From positions 1-42,400 of the IMG/VR virus record IMGVR_UViG_3300023197_000064: a DNA stretch of 42,400 nt. The stretch is one strand, 5' to 3'. Made by a program: the position numbers and the translations under genes. Of this stretch, positions 16,495 to 26,157 are shown one piece after another (position 1 is the first letter of the stretch; each line of letters begins with the position of its first letter). The notes beneath the pieces are model-generated. The model saw only the letters and a program-made list of their open reading frames with translations. It had not been told where the DNA came from and ran no database searches. This stretch comes from a virus. Its lineage: Duplodnaviria; Caudoviricetes.

Positions 16495-17969
16495 GCGAGA
16501 GCCAAGCGCCTGTCTTCGAGGAGATCGCGCGGGCGCGCGACGACGAAAACATCGTCGGCGGCCTGATCAGCGAGCTGCGCACGCCGCGCGACGAGATCCT
16601 GCGCACGCGCGGGCGCGGTGACCTGTCGCTGTACGAGCGCACCAAGCGCGACGACCAGGTGCAGTCGTGCCTGCAACAGCGCTTCCACGCGCTGGTCAGC
16701 CGGGAATGGCAGGTCGAGGCCGGTGGGCGTCGCCGGCGCGACCGGCAAGCGGCGGATTTCATGCGGGAGCAGCTGGAGCATGTGCGCTTCGACGACGTCA
16801 CCCAGAAGATGCTCAACGGCATCTGGTTCGGCTACGCGGTGGCGGAGTGTCTCTGGGCGCCGGACGGCACACGCGTAGCGCTCGACGACGTTAAGGTGCG
16901 CCGGCCGGCGCGCTTCGCCTTCGATGTGGACGGGCGGCTGCGCCTCCTCAAGCCCGGCCTGCACAGTGGCGAGATCATGCCGGGGCGCAAGTTCTGGACC
17001 TACGCCTTCGGCGGCGACGACCACGACGACCCTTACGGCCGCGGCCTCGCCTACTGGTGCTATTGGCCGGTCTGGCTCAAGCGCAACGTGCTCAAGTTCT
17101 GGAGCATCTACGCCGAGAAGTTCGCCGCGCCCACCGTGCGCGGGACCGTGCCGCACGGCTGGTCCCAAGAGGAGCGCAACAAGGTGCTGCAGGCGCTGCG
17201 CGCCATGACCTTCGATAGCGCCGTGGTGATCCCCGAGGGCGTTGACGCGCAGCTGCTGGAGGCGAGCACGCGCACCGGTGGCGATTACCAGCAGTTCTAC
17301 CAGGAGATGAACGGCGCCATCTCCAAGATCATCCTGTCGCAGACGATGACGACGGATGACGGCAGCTCGCGGGCGCAGGCCGACGTGCACGACCGCGTGA
17401 AGCTGGAGGTGATCCGCCGGGACGAGCAGGTCCTCAACGAGTCTTTCAACGCGCAGGTGGTGCGCTGGCTGACGGACTGGAACTTCCCCGGCGCCGCCTA
17501 TCCGCACGTCTTCCGCGACGTCCAGGAGGCCGAGGATCTGAAGGCGCGCGCGGACCGCGACGTCCAGATCTCCAAGCTCGGCTACAAGCCCACTCAGACC
17601 TACATCGACGAGACCTACGGCGAGGGCTTCGAGCCGGCCGCCGGTGGGGGCGGCGACAGTCAGCCGCCCCGGCAAGACCAGGGTAGCAGCGCGAACGGCC
17701 AGTCGTTCGCCGAGGCCGAGGAGGCCGAAGACCAGCGCGACGAGCTGACACGCCAGCTCGATACCCTGGCCGAGGACGAGTTGACGGCCTGGATCGACGA
17801 AATCCGGCGCATCGTGGACACCGCTCCGGATATCCCCACGGCCATCGAGCGGCTGGAGGCGCTCTACCCGGATCTCTCGCTCGACCGCCTGGCCGCCTTG
17901 ATCGGCGACGGCATGGCCGTGGCGAACCTGCAGGGCCGCGCCGAAATCCAGGACAGCACCGATGGTTGA
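16491..17969 (+). CDS. Portal protein (Mu gp29 / DUF935)
   Basis: GYAVAECLW, DPYGRGL...YWPVWLK, ISKIILSQTMTT, SSRAQADVH; follows TerL. Confidence 0.92.
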   Translation: MSESQAPVFEEIARARDDENIVGGLISELRTPRDEILRTRGRGDLSLYERTKRDDQVQSCLQQRFHALVSREWQVEAGGRRRRDRQAADFMREQLEHVRFDDVTQKMLNGIWFGYAVAECLWAPDGTRVALDDVKVRRPARFAFDVDGRLRLLKPGLHSGEIMPGRKFWTYAFGGDDHDDPYGRGLAYWCYWPVWLKRNVLKFWSIYAEKFAAPTVRGTVPHGWSQEERNKVLQALRAMTFDSAVVIPEGVDAQLLEASTRTGGDYQQFYQEMNGAISKIILSQTMTTDDGSSRAQADVHDRVKLEVIRRDEQVLNESFNAQVVRWLTDWNFPGAAYPHVFRDVQEAEDLKARADRDVQISKLGYKPTQTYIDETYGEGFEPAAGGGGDSQPPRQDQGSSANGQSFAEAEEAEDQRDELTRQLDTLAEDELTAWIDEIRRIVDTAPDIPTAIERLEALYPDLSLDRLAALIGDGMAVANLQGRAEIQDSTDG

Positions 17970-19185
17970 GACCCTCGCGGAAGGCCAGCCTTTCAAAGAG
18001 GCGGCGGATTTCTTCGCGCAGAAGGTCAACCTGCCGACGGACGCCTGGACCGATCTTCGCGAAGGTGAGCACGCACGCGGCTTCGTGGTCGCGGGCGCCA
18101 AGAAGGACGCCTTGTTGGCCGATTTTCGCCAGGCCCTGCAGCGGGCCTTCGATGAGGGGCGAACGCTGGCGGACTTCCGCAAGGACTTCGACCGGATCGT
18201 CGCGAAGCACGGCTGGAGCTACCGCGGATCGCGCGGCTGGCGCAGCCGGGTGATCTACGACACGAACCTGCGCACGGCGCACGCGGCTGGGCGCTGGCAG
18301 CAGGTGCAGCGCCTGAAGGACCGGTTCCCGTACCTCGAATACGACGCGGTGCGCGATAGCCGGACCCGCCCCCTGCACGCCGACTGGGACGGCACCGTAC
18401 TGTCGGCCGATGACGCCTGGTGGGACACGCATCACCCGCCGAACGGGTGGAACTGCAGGTGCACCGTCCGCATGCGCTCCGAGCGCCAGCTCCGCCGCCA
18501 GGGCAAATCCGTCAGCTCGCGCCCGGCCGTCCAGACCGAGGATAGGGTCGTGCGCACGCCCTCGGGCACGGCCAACTGGCGTACGCCGCGTGGGATTGAC
18601 ACCGGCTTCGGCCACAACGTCGGCAAGGCCGCCTTCGGGCAGCGCCTGGACGAGGCGACGATGGCCGCCTGGCGACAGCAGGGCTCACAGGCGTGGGAGC
18701 GCTTGACGCCCGGTGGGTGGCAGGGTGCCGGGCGGCCGGGCACGCTGCCGCGCAGCTCGCCGCAGACACCGGCGCCCAGCGCCTCGCCGTCCGATCGGCC
18801 CGCCTACGCGCGCGAGATCCTGGGCGGCGAGGAAACCGTGGCCGAGATGCCGGATGGCGGCCGCGTACATCTGTCGGCCGATGCGCTCGCCCAGCACACC
18901 CCGGACGAGCGCGTGAGCGATCTGCGCTTCGTGACGGACACGTTGACCTCGCCCAGCGAGGTGTGGCTCAGCTTCGAGCGCCACAAAGGCACGGGGCGCG
19001 TCGAGCTGCGCAAGCGCGCCGTCAAGGCCATCCGGCTGGATGGCGGCGGCTCGCGCGTGGTGACGGCGCAGACGGTCGGCGGGCGCTTCGAGGCGTTGAC
19101 GGCCGAGCCCGGCGACGGCGAAGCTGATGCGCCGGCCAGCCGCGTGGGCCGCCTGATTTACAGCCGGGATGGCGGCGGTGGCTGA
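17962..19185 (+). CDS. MuF (gp30) minor head protein with C-terminal extension
   Basis: FVVAGA, RVIYDTNLRTA, HPPNGWNCRCTV, GIDTGFGHNVG, plus ~180 extra residues. Confidence 0.9.
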   Translation: MVETLAEGQPFKEAADFFAQKVNLPTDAWTDLREGEHARGFVVAGAKKDALLADFRQALQRAFDEGRTLADFRKDFDRIVAKHGWSYRGSRGWRSRVIYDTNLRTAHAAGRWQQVQRLKDRFPYLEYDAVRDSRTRPLHADWDGTVLSADDAWWDTHHPPNGWNCRCTVRMRSERQLRRQGKSVSSRPAVQTEDRVVRTPSGTANWRTPRGIDTGFGHNVGKAAFGQRLDEATMAAWRQQGSQAWERLTPGGWQGAGRPGTLPRSSPQTPAPSASPSDRPAYAREILGGEETVAEMPDGGRVHLSADALAQHTPDERVSDLRFVTDTLTSPSEVWLSFERHKGTGRVELRKRAVKAIRLDGGGSRVVTAQTVGGRFEALTAEPGDGEADAPASRVGRLIYSRDGGGG

Positions 19186-19344
19186 TGAAAGCGCGTGTGC
19201 GGCCACACAGGCGGTACACCCGTTGGGCGGGCGATCCCCCGAAAGTAGGCGCACCCCCTTTTAAAAACCCTTTTAACGGTCGCTCTATCGCCATTCCCGC
19301 GCGCGGTCACGGCAGGCCCCGGCCTCACCACCGCTGAAGGCTTT

Positions 19345-19391
19345 CCCGGAAGCCGTTCCGGGCAGGCGCCGGACGGCGGCACGCGCATTGT
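19345..19391 (+). promoter_or_regulatory. Candidate Mor/C-activated late promoter 2 (head operon)
   Basis: Identical CCCGGAAGCCGTTCCGGGCA, N21, CATTGT, just upstream of the protease gene. Confidence 0.7.
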
Positions 19392-19423
19392 GCGCTCAGC
19401 AGCGGACAGCGCGTGAGGCAGCC

Positions 19424-20704
19424 GTGAACCCGACGATCGAGATCTTTCGCGCCGGCAAGCACACCGCGATGAGCGGTGAGAGCATCCCGTTTTCCGAGAA
19501 CGACCTGGACGGGATGGCCAACGCCTACGATCCGGCGCTCCACGAAGCACCCGTTGTGGTCGGCCACCCGCAGACGGATCAGCCCGCCTACGGCTGGGTG
19601 AAGGGGGTGAGCCGCCAGGGCGACCGGCTCAACGCCCAGGTCGGCCAGATCGACCCGAGCTTCGCGGAGATGGTGCGCGCGGGGCGCTACAAGAAGATCT
19701 CCGCGTCCTTCTACAAGCCCGACAGCTCGGCCAACCCCGCGCCGGGCTCCTTTTACCTGCGTCATGTCGGCTTCCTGGGGGCGCAGCCGCCCTCGGTCAA
19801 AGGGCTGGCGCCGGTGGAGCTGCAGGAGGCCGCCGAGGGAACGGTCACCGTCGAGTTCGGTGAGGCCGGGGGCGATGAGCGCAGCGCGCTGCAACAGTTC
19901 GGCGACTGGCTGCGCCAGACCTTCGGCAAGGGTGCCGCGGATCACGTCCTCAACGCGAGCGCGTTCGGCGAAGACGGCGCTGGCTCGGGTTCGGCCGAGT
20001 TCGGCGAGACGCGGCTGGGCGCCCGGCTGCGCAAGCTGCGCGACGAGAAGGGGCTGACCAACGCCGATCTCGGCCGCGCCATGGGCATCGATGAAAGCAC
20101 GGTCAGCGGGATCCTGTCGGGCAGCATCCAGCGCCCGCCGGATGAGCGCCTGCGCGGCGCGGCGGACCTGCTCGGCGTGTCCTTCGAGGGGCTGCGCCAG
20201 CTCATCCCGGAGGACCGCCGCGGCGACGATTTCGCGGAGGAGCAAAGCATGAACACCAAGACGAGCGCCGGCGAGAGCCTGGAAGAGCGCGAGCGCCGGA
20301 TCCAGCAGAAGGAGGCCGAGTTCGCCGAGCGCGAGCGTCGGCAGCGGCGCGAGGCCAACCAGGCCGCACTCGCCAAGATGGTCCAGCAGGGCACCCCGCT
20401 GCCGTGCAATCAGGAGCGCCTGCTGGCGTTCATGGACCAGCTCGCCGAGAGCGGGGCGGTCCAGTTCTCGGAGGGCGAGAGCAAGGATCCGCTGAAGTTC
20501 TTCACCGACGAGGTGCTGGGCGGGATGCCCAAGCAGGTGGACTACGGCGAAAAGGCCCCGCGCGACGACAGCGACACCGAGGTGGACACCGCGGATTCCG
20601 TCGCCCGCGCGGCCGTCCAGTACCAGGAGGAGATGCGCCAGAAGGGCATCGTCGTCTCCACGAGCGAGGCCGTGGCGCACGTTCAGCAGCAGAAGGGGGC
20701 GTAA
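19424..20704 (+). CDS. Prohead protease/scaffold (Mu I/Z-like) with internal XRE HTH
   Basis: IEIFRAGKH, EAPVVVGHP, PAYGWV, YKKISASFY, LRHVGFLGAQPPSVKGL; HTH at ~20012-20209; coiled-coil scaffold-like C-terminus. Confidence 0.88.
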   Translation: MNPTIEIFRAGKHTAMSGESIPFSENDLDGMANAYDPALHEAPVVVGHPQTDQPAYGWVKGVSRQGDRLNAQVGQIDPSFAEMVRAGRYKKISASFYKPDSSANPAPGSFYLRHVGFLGAQPPSVKGLAPVELQEAAEGTVTVEFGEAGGDERSALQQFGDWLRQTFGKGAADHVLNASAFGEDGAGSGSAEFGETRLGARLRKLRDEKGLTNADLGRAMGIDESTVSGILSGSIQRPPDERLRGAADLLGVSFEGLRQLIPEDRRGDDFAEEQSMNTKTSAGESLEERERRIQQKEAEFAERERRQRREANQAALAKMVQQGTPLPCNQERLLAFMDQLAESGAVQFSEGESKDPLKFFTDEVLGGMPKQVDYGEKAPRDDSDTEVDTADSVARAAVQYQEEMRQKGIVVSTSEAVAHVQQQKGA

Positions 20705-20707
20705 GCG

Positions 20708-21085
20708 ATGGCGCTGCGCGGAACTCCGGGGCTCACGCGCGCGCTGCGCGCGTCCGGCTCCATCAAGGCCAAGCGCATCGTGGCCTGGACCAGCAATGGG
20801 CGCGCCGCCCAGGCGGCCGCGGCGGGCGATGCGCTCATCGGCGTCACGGAGATGGGCGCCGGCGACGGCCAGACGGTCGATGTCACCGTGGAGGGTGTCC
20901 CGGCGGTCGAGTTCGGCGGCGCCGTGGCCTACGGCGACCCGATCACCGCCGACAGCGAGGGGCGCGCCGTCAAGGCGGCGCCGGCCTCGGGCAACACGGC
21001 TCGCGTGATCGGCCATGCCTGGCTGGACGGCGTCGCGGGCGACGTCGGCGAGATCCACCTCGCCCCGCACCAGATCACCGGCTAA
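20708..21085 (+). CDS. Capsid cement/decoration protein (DUF2190-like)
   Basis: Small Gly/Ala-rich protein (GGAVAYGDPITADSEGRAV) between scaffold and capsid genes. Confidence 0.75.
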   Translation: MALRGTPGLTRALRASGSIKAKRIVAWTSNGRAAQAAAAGDALIGVTEMGAGDGQTVDVTVEGVPAVEFGGAVAYGDPITADSEGRAVKAAPASGNTARVIGHAWLDGVAGDVGEIHLAPHQITG

Positions 21086-21115
21086 CCCCCGTTAACGACG
21101 AAGGAGTGCCCCGGC

Positions 21116-22048
21116 ATGGCCACGAACCGGCCTTTCCCCGTCCGGCAGCACCACACCGCGATCGCCATCGCCTACCGCAACCAGTCGATGATCGCGGACC
21201 AGGTGTTGCCCCGCATCAGCGTCGGCGGCGAGCGCTTTACCTGGTACGAGTACGACAGCGCCGAGCGCTTCACGGTCCCGGACACGACCGTCGGCCGTAC
21301 CAGCCGCCCGCCCGAGCTGCAGTTTTCCGCGCGTGAGCACGAAGCGCGCACCCAGGACTACGGCCTCGACGCGCCCATCCCGAACAGCGACCGCCAGGAG
21401 GCGCCCGAAGGGCACGACCCCGAGGACCAAGCCGTCGAGTATCTCTCCGACATCCTGGAGCTGGACCGGGAGGTGCGTGTCGCGAACAAGGTCTTCAGCG
21501 CCGACACCTACCCGACCGACAACAAGGAGACGCTGTCGGGTTCGGATCAGTGGCAAGACGGCGCTTCCGATCCCAAGCAGCAGCTCATGGACGCGCTGGA
21601 TACCCCGCTGGTCCGGCCGAACGTGCTGGCGTTGGGGCAGCGCGCGTGGACGGTGCTCCGCCAGAACCCGACGATCGTCAAGGCCGTGCACGGCAACGAC
21701 GGTGGCTCCGGCGTCGTCACGCGCCAGCAGGTCGCTGAGCTGCTGGAGATCAGCGAGGTCATGGTCGGCCAGGCGTTCGTGAACGTGCAGCGCCCCGGCC
21801 AGGATCCGGAGATGCACCGGGTGTGGGGCAATCACGCGCTGCTGTTCATGCGCAACCGCCTCGCCAACAACCGCCAAGGTGTCACGTTCGGTTACACCGC
21901 CCAGCGCGGCAACCGGATCGGCGGCTCCATCGAGGACCGCGACATCGGCATGGAGGGCGGCGTGCGCGTGCGCGTGGGCGAAAAGGTGCAGGAGATCGTC
22001 TCCGCCCCGGCGGCCGCGTACTTCTTCGAGAACGTGGTGACCTCGTAA
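21116..22048 (+). CDS. Major capsid protein
   Basis: 310 aa; TAIAIAYRN..IADQVLP...LDREVRVA...RPNVLALG...AAYFFENVV; AAGGAG RBS; position. Confidence 0.88.
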   Translation: MATNRPFPVRQHHTAIAIAYRNQSMIADQVLPRISVGGERFTWYEYDSAERFTVPDTTVGRTSRPPELQFSAREHEARTQDYGLDAPIPNSDRQEAPEGHDPEDQAVEYLSDILELDREVRVANKVFSADTYPTDNKETLSGSDQWQDGASDPKQQLMDALDTPLVRPNVLALGQRAWTVLRQNPTIVKAVHGNDGGSGVVTRQQVAELLEISEVMVGQAFVNVQRPGQDPEMHRVWGNHALLFMRNRLANNRQGVTFGYTAQRGNRIGGSIEDRDIGMEGGVRVRVGEKVQEIVSAPAAAYFFENVVTS

Positions 22049-22230
22049 TGCCGACCTACGAAGTGAAGAGCCCTGTGCGCGCGGGCGGCCAGCGTCACGC
22101 GGTCGGCGCGCGCATCGAGATGAAGGAGGCCGACGCCCAGCCGCTCGTGGAGCGCGGCCGCGTCGAGAAGGTCCAGGCCAAGGGCGGCAAGCAGAAGGGC
22201 GGCGAGGAGGCTTCCGGCGAGGACGCCTGA
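22048..22230 (+). CDS. Small head-associated hypothetical protein (60 aa)
   Basis: TAATG coupling to the capsid gene; MPTYEVKSPVR... Confidence 0.7.
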   Translation: MPTYEVKSPVRAGGQRHAVGARIEMKEADAQPLVERGRVEKVQAKGGKQKGGEEASGEDA

Positions 22231-22239
22231 ACCCGCGAG

Positions 22240-22311
22240 GGCTGACCGCGGCACCGGGCGGCGGTCAGCCGAAACAAAAGCCCAAGGGGCGGCGCCGGCG
22301 CGCGCCGCCCC
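22240..22311. terminator. Two GC-rich 10-bp hairpins after the head genes
   Basis: GGCTGACCGC/GCGGTCAGCC (22240-22270) and GGGGCGGCGC/GCGCCGCCCC (22286-22311); no U-tract on the + strand. Confidence 0.4.
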
Positions 22312-22338
22312 ACCCGGACAACCAGCGAGGCAAGCGCC

Positions 22339-22764
22339 ATGTACGCCACGACCGACGACGTTCAGGCCCGCATCCCGGAGGCGCTGCTGCAGCAGCTCAC
22401 CTCCAGCGACGGCCAGAGCGTGGACACCGGCAAGATCGACGCCGCGCTGCGGGACGCGGGCAGCGTCATCCAGGGCTACCTGGAGCGCGCGCCGGTCAAC
22501 AGCCGCCCGTCCGACACCGTGCTGCGCCCCTACGCCATCGACATCGCGATCTACCGCCTGGCGCAGGGGCGGCCGGGCCAGAACTTCGAGAGCGTCAAGG
22601 CCGCGCACGACGAGGCGGTACGCTTTCTCTCGCGCATCGCCGAGGGCCGGTTGCCCGACCGCGGCGTGGCGGACAGCGACGAGAGCGGCAGCGAAGCCGG
22701 GAGCGGCGTGGCGATCGCCGGCCCCGAGCCGACCATGACCCGCGAGAACCTGGACGGTCTGTGA
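22339..22764 (+). CDS. Head-tail adaptor (Mu gp36 / DUF1320-like)
   Basis: MYATTDDV...IDAALRDAGSVIQGYL...DIAIYRL...AVRFLSRIAEG. Confidence 0.85.
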   Translation: MYATTDDVQARIPEALLQQLTSSDGQSVDTGKIDAALRDAGSVIQGYLERAPVNSRPSDTVLRPYAIDIAIYRLAQGRPGQNFESVKAAHDEAVRFLSRIAEGRLPDRGVADSDESGSEAGSGVAIAGPEPTMTRENLDGL

Positions 22765-23213
22765 TGGCTGTGCGGCTGCGCACCCGTCTCGACAACGACG
22801 AACGCCTGAAAGCCGGCCTGGGGCGGCTGCGCTCGCTCATCGCCGACTTGACGCCCGTGATGGACGAGATGGGCGCGGAGATGACGGCGGCCACGCAGGA
22901 CCGCTTCAAGTCGGGCGTCGCGCCCGACGGGTCGCCGTGGCCCGAACTGGCGCAGGCCACCAAGGACAAGCGCGGCGCGGACGCCAAGCCGCTCGTGGAC
23001 CGCGGCCACCTGCGGGACTCCATCTCCTGGCAGGCCTCGGCCACCGAGGTGAGCGTCGGCAGCAACCGCGCCTACGCCCGCATCCACCAGTTCGGCGGCC
23101 AGGCGGGGCGCAACAACGCCGTCACCATCCCGGCGCGCCCGTACCTCGGGGTGGGCGAGGACGACAAGGCGCTGCTGGCCGAATTGATCGGCGACCATCT
23201 GAGGGCGGGCTGA
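22761..23213 (+). CDS. Phage virion morphogenesis protein (Mu G / P2 S family)
   Basis: PDGSPWPEL...LVDRGHLRDSI...VGSNRAYARIHQFGG...IPARPYLG. Confidence 0.9.
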   Translation: MMAVRLRTRLDNDERLKAGLGRLRSLIADLTPVMDEMGAEMTAATQDRFKSGVAPDGSPWPELAQATKDKRGADAKPLVDRGHLRDSISWQASATEVSVGSNRAYARIHQFGGQAGRNNAVTIPARPYLGVGEDDKALLAELIGDHLRAG

Positions 23214-23716
23214 TGTTCACGGGCGATATCGTCGATGCCGCCGTCACCCACCTGAGCGCGCGGATCCAGACGCTGGTGGTGGAGCACTTTCCCGACGATC
23301 CCAGCCAGTACGCGCTCATGCACCCGACCGGCGCGGTGCTGGTGGCGTACGGCGGCTCGCGCTTCGGCGAGGTCGAGGATCTCGACGCCATCGTTCAGGA
23401 CCGCGACGCGCAGCTCGACATCACGCTGCTGATCCGCGGCCTGCAAGGCCCCTCCGGCGCCAACGCGCACCTGGACGCGATCCGCACGGCGCTGACGGGC
23501 TTCAAGGTCGGCGGCGCGCAATCGAAGCTCAAGCCGATGCGCGAGCGCCTGGTCGGCCACGACAACGGCATCTGGCGCTTTGAAATGAACTTCTCGGCCA
23601 AGGTTCGGGAAGTCGAGCGCGGGCCGGACGAGGCCTGGCCGCTGCTCACGCGCCTGACCTGGGACGGCAAGTACGAAACCACGGAGGTCACCAGTGGCGA
23701 CCAAGAAGACGCATAA
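23213..23716 (+). CDS. Gp37-like tail terminator
   Basis: VEHFPDDPSQYALMHPTGAVLVAYGGSRF...LDAIRTALTGF; position before the sheath. Confidence 0.75.
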   Translation: MFTGDIVDAAVTHLSARIQTLVVEHFPDDPSQYALMHPTGAVLVAYGGSRFGEVEDLDAIVQDRDAQLDITLLIRGLQGPSGANAHLDAIRTALTGFKVGGAQSKLKPMRERLVGHDNGIWRFEMNFSAKVREVERGPDEAWPLLTRLTWDGKYETTEVTSGDQEDA

Positions 23717-23918
23717 GCGTTTCACCTACTACGGGCCGACCAGCGGCATGACGCTGCGCCTGCCCGAGGGTGATCGCGAGGTGATGCTGTTCAACCGGCG
23801 GGTCTACGACCTGCCCGCCGCCCACCCGCTGGTGGATCGCCTGGTGCACAAGGGGCACCTGGTCGAGCACAGCCAGCGCGGCGCGCAGGCGCCCGCATCC
23901 ACCACGGAGGCAAGCTGA
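23694..23918 (+). CDS. Small hypothetical protein (74 aa)
   Basis: GGAGG-GTG start; fills the gap before the sheath. Confidence 0.6.
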   Translation: MATKKTHKRFTYYGPTSGMTLRLPEGDREVMLFNRRVYDLPAAHPLVDRLVHKGHLVEHSQRGAQAPASTTEAS

Positions 23919-23919
23919 C

Positions 23920-25383
23920 ATGGCCCCGAACTTCCTTCACGGCGCCGAGGCCATCGAGGTCCCCCAAGGCGCGCGCTCCATCCGCCAGGTCAAGACCGCC
24001 GTGATCGGCCTGGTGGGCACGGCGCCGATCCACCTCCTGGCGGATCAGAACAAGGCGAGCGTCAACGAGATCACCCAGGTCCTCGGCGACCAGGACGCCG
24101 GCGAGAAGGCGGGGGCCGATCTCGACGGCTACACCATCCCGCAGGCGCTGGATGCGATCTACGCGCAGGGCGCCGGGACGGTGATCATGGTCAACGTCTT
24201 CGATCCGGCGACGCACAAGAAGTCCGTCACTGGCGAGACGGCGACCTTCAGCGACGACAAGCTGACCCTCGCCGAGACCGACGGCGGCATCATCTCCGCC
24301 ACGGTGAAGTCCAGCGACGGCAGCACCACCTACGCCGAGGGCGAGGACTACACGATCGACCGCAAGACCGGCGAGATCACGCGCCTGTCCGGCGGCCAGA
24401 TCGCGTCCGGCGCCGAGGTGACGGTCGATTACGACCGGGGCGACCCGGCCGCCGTCGAGGGCACCGACGTCATCGGCGGCACCGACAGCTCCGGCAACCG
24501 CTCGGGGATGCAGGCTTTCCTGAACACCTTCAACCGGTTCGGGTTCTGGCCGAAGATCCTCATCGCCCCGAGCTACTCCACCCAGCGCTCGGTGGCCACG
24601 GAGATGCAGGCGCTCGCCGACGAGCAGAAGCTGCGCGCCGTGGCGCTGGTGGATGCGCCCATCGGCACCACGCGTGACGAGGCCATCGCCGGCCGCGGGC
24701 CCGAGGGGGACATCCCGTTCGACTTCGGCGACGACCGGGTGATCCTGTGCTTCCCGCATTGGCGCGCCAGCGCGCCCGACGGCGGCACGCGCCTGGAGCC
24801 CTACTCCCAGTATTGGGCGGGCGTGCGCGCGGCCACGGACATCAATCTGGGCTACTGGTACTCGGCCTCGAACAAGTCCGTGAAGGGCGTCGTGGGCGCC
24901 GAGGTCGACCTCTCGGCGATGATCAACAACCCCACCTCCGACGTGAACGCGCTCAACGAGGCCGGGATCGTGACGATCTTCCGGTCCTTCGGGTCGGGCT
25001 TCCGGGTGTGGGGCAACCGCTCGTCCGCGTTCCCGCGCGACACCAGCCAGACCAACTTCATCCAGACGCGGCGGACGCTGGACGTGATCCACGAGAGCCT
25101 GGAGTTCGCCATGCTCCAGTTCCTGGACCGCCCCATCAACTCCGCCCTCATCGACGGGATCCTGGAAAGCGCCAACGACTTCATCCGCACCCTCATCGGG
25201 CGCGGCGCGCTGATCCAGGGCAGCCGGGTGCGCTGGCTCAAAGAGGACAACCCGGACAGCGAGATCGCGGCCGGGCACCTGACCTTCCGGATCGACGCCC
25301 TGCCGCCCCCGCCGGCCGAGCGCATCACCTTCAAGTCCCACATCGACATCAACCTCCTGCAGAACCTGCAGGCGGCCGCGTAA
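23920..25383 (+). CDS. Contractile tail sheath (P2 FI-like)
   Basis: NFLHGAE...TAVIGLVGTAP...PKILIAP...YWYSASN...GFRVWGNR...PPPAERITF. Confidence 0.93.
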   Translation: MAPNFLHGAEAIEVPQGARSIRQVKTAVIGLVGTAPIHLLADQNKASVNEITQVLGDQDAGEKAGADLDGYTIPQALDAIYAQGAGTVIMVNVFDPATHKKSVTGETATFSDDKLTLAETDGGIISATVKSSDGSTTYAEGEDYTIDRKTGEITRLSGGQIASGAEVTVDYDRGDPAAVEGTDVIGGTDSSGNRSGMQAFLNTFNRFGFWPKILIAPSYSTQRSVATEMQALADEQKLRAVALVDAPIGTTRDEAIAGRGPEGDIPFDFGDDRVILCFPHWRASAPDGGTRLEPYSQYWAGVRAATDINLGYWYSASNKSVKGVVGAEVDLSAMINNPTSDVNALNEAGIVTIFRSFGSGFRVWGNRSSAFPRDTSQTNFIQTRRTLDVIHESLEFAMLQFLDRPINSALIDGILESANDFIRTLIGRGALIQGSRVRWLKEDNPDSEIAAGHLTFRIDALPPPPAERITFKSHIDINLLQNLQAAA

Positions 25384-25395
25384 GGAGCACCGGCC

Positions 25396-25917
25396 ATGCC
25401 CGAGGTCAACAAGGTCCACAACGCCAACGTCTATCTCGGCGCGGACAAGTCGCTCATCGGCCGCGCCAACGAGATCTCGCTGCCCGACATCAAGGCGACG
25501 GTCACCGAGCACACCGGCCTGGGGATGGTCGGCAAGCTGGAGCTGCCCAGCGGGCTGGAGGTGCTCAACGCCACCGTCACCTGGAACGGGTTCTACGCCG
25601 ACCACCTGCGCCAGGGCGCCAACCCCTTCAAGGCGCGCCAGTTGCAGGCGCGCGCCAACGTGGAGACCCACGGCCCCGACGGACGCCTGGAGGAGAAGCC
25701 GCTCGTCTGGATCATGACGGCCTGGTGGAAGAAGGCCGGCGGCGGCTCCGCCACCCCGCGCGAGGCCATGACGTTCGAGGACGAGCTGGCCGTGAGCTTC
25801 CTGAAGATGAAGTACGACGGCCAGGATGTCGTCGAGATCGACGTCTTCCAGAACATCTGGCGCGTGGACGGCGAGGATCTGCTCCAGACCTACCGCGAGA
25901 ACATCGGCCAGGGGTAA
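25396..25917 (+). CDS. Major tail tube protein (P2 FII-like)
   Basis: NANVYL...EISLPDI...GLGMVG.LELPSGLE...EIDVFQNIWRVDGEDLL. Confidence 0.9.
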   Translation: MPEVNKVHNANVYLGADKSLIGRANEISLPDIKATVTEHTGLGMVGKLELPSGLEVLNATVTWNGFYADHLRQGANPFKARQLQARANVETHGPDGRLEEKPLVWIMTAWWKKAGGGSATPREAMTFEDELAVSFLKMKYDGQDVVEIDVFQNIWRVDGEDLLQTYRENIGQG

Positions 25918-25923
25918 TCGGAG

Positions 25924-26157
25924 ATGACCGAGCCGAGGCACGACCCTCACGCGCCACTCAACGGTGAGCGCGGTGATGAAGCCCAGCCCAACAAGCGTGC
26001 GCGCGACGTCGCCCAGCGCATCGCGGACGTCCTCGATGAAGAGGGTATCCACTCCTACGAGGCGCGCTGCAACACGATGCTCGTGGCGACGATGAACGCC
26101 TGCGGTGCGGCGGGCTACCACTTCATCGTGGATCGGCTCTTGCTCAACCGCCGGTAA
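25924..26157 (+). CDS. Hypothetical protein (77 aa)
   Basis: GGAG RBS; convergent with the 26144..26557 gene. Confidence 0.45.
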   Translation: MTEPRHDPHAPLNGERGDEAQPNKRARDVAQRIADVLDEEGIHSYEARCNTMLVATMNACGAAGYHFIVDRLLLNRR

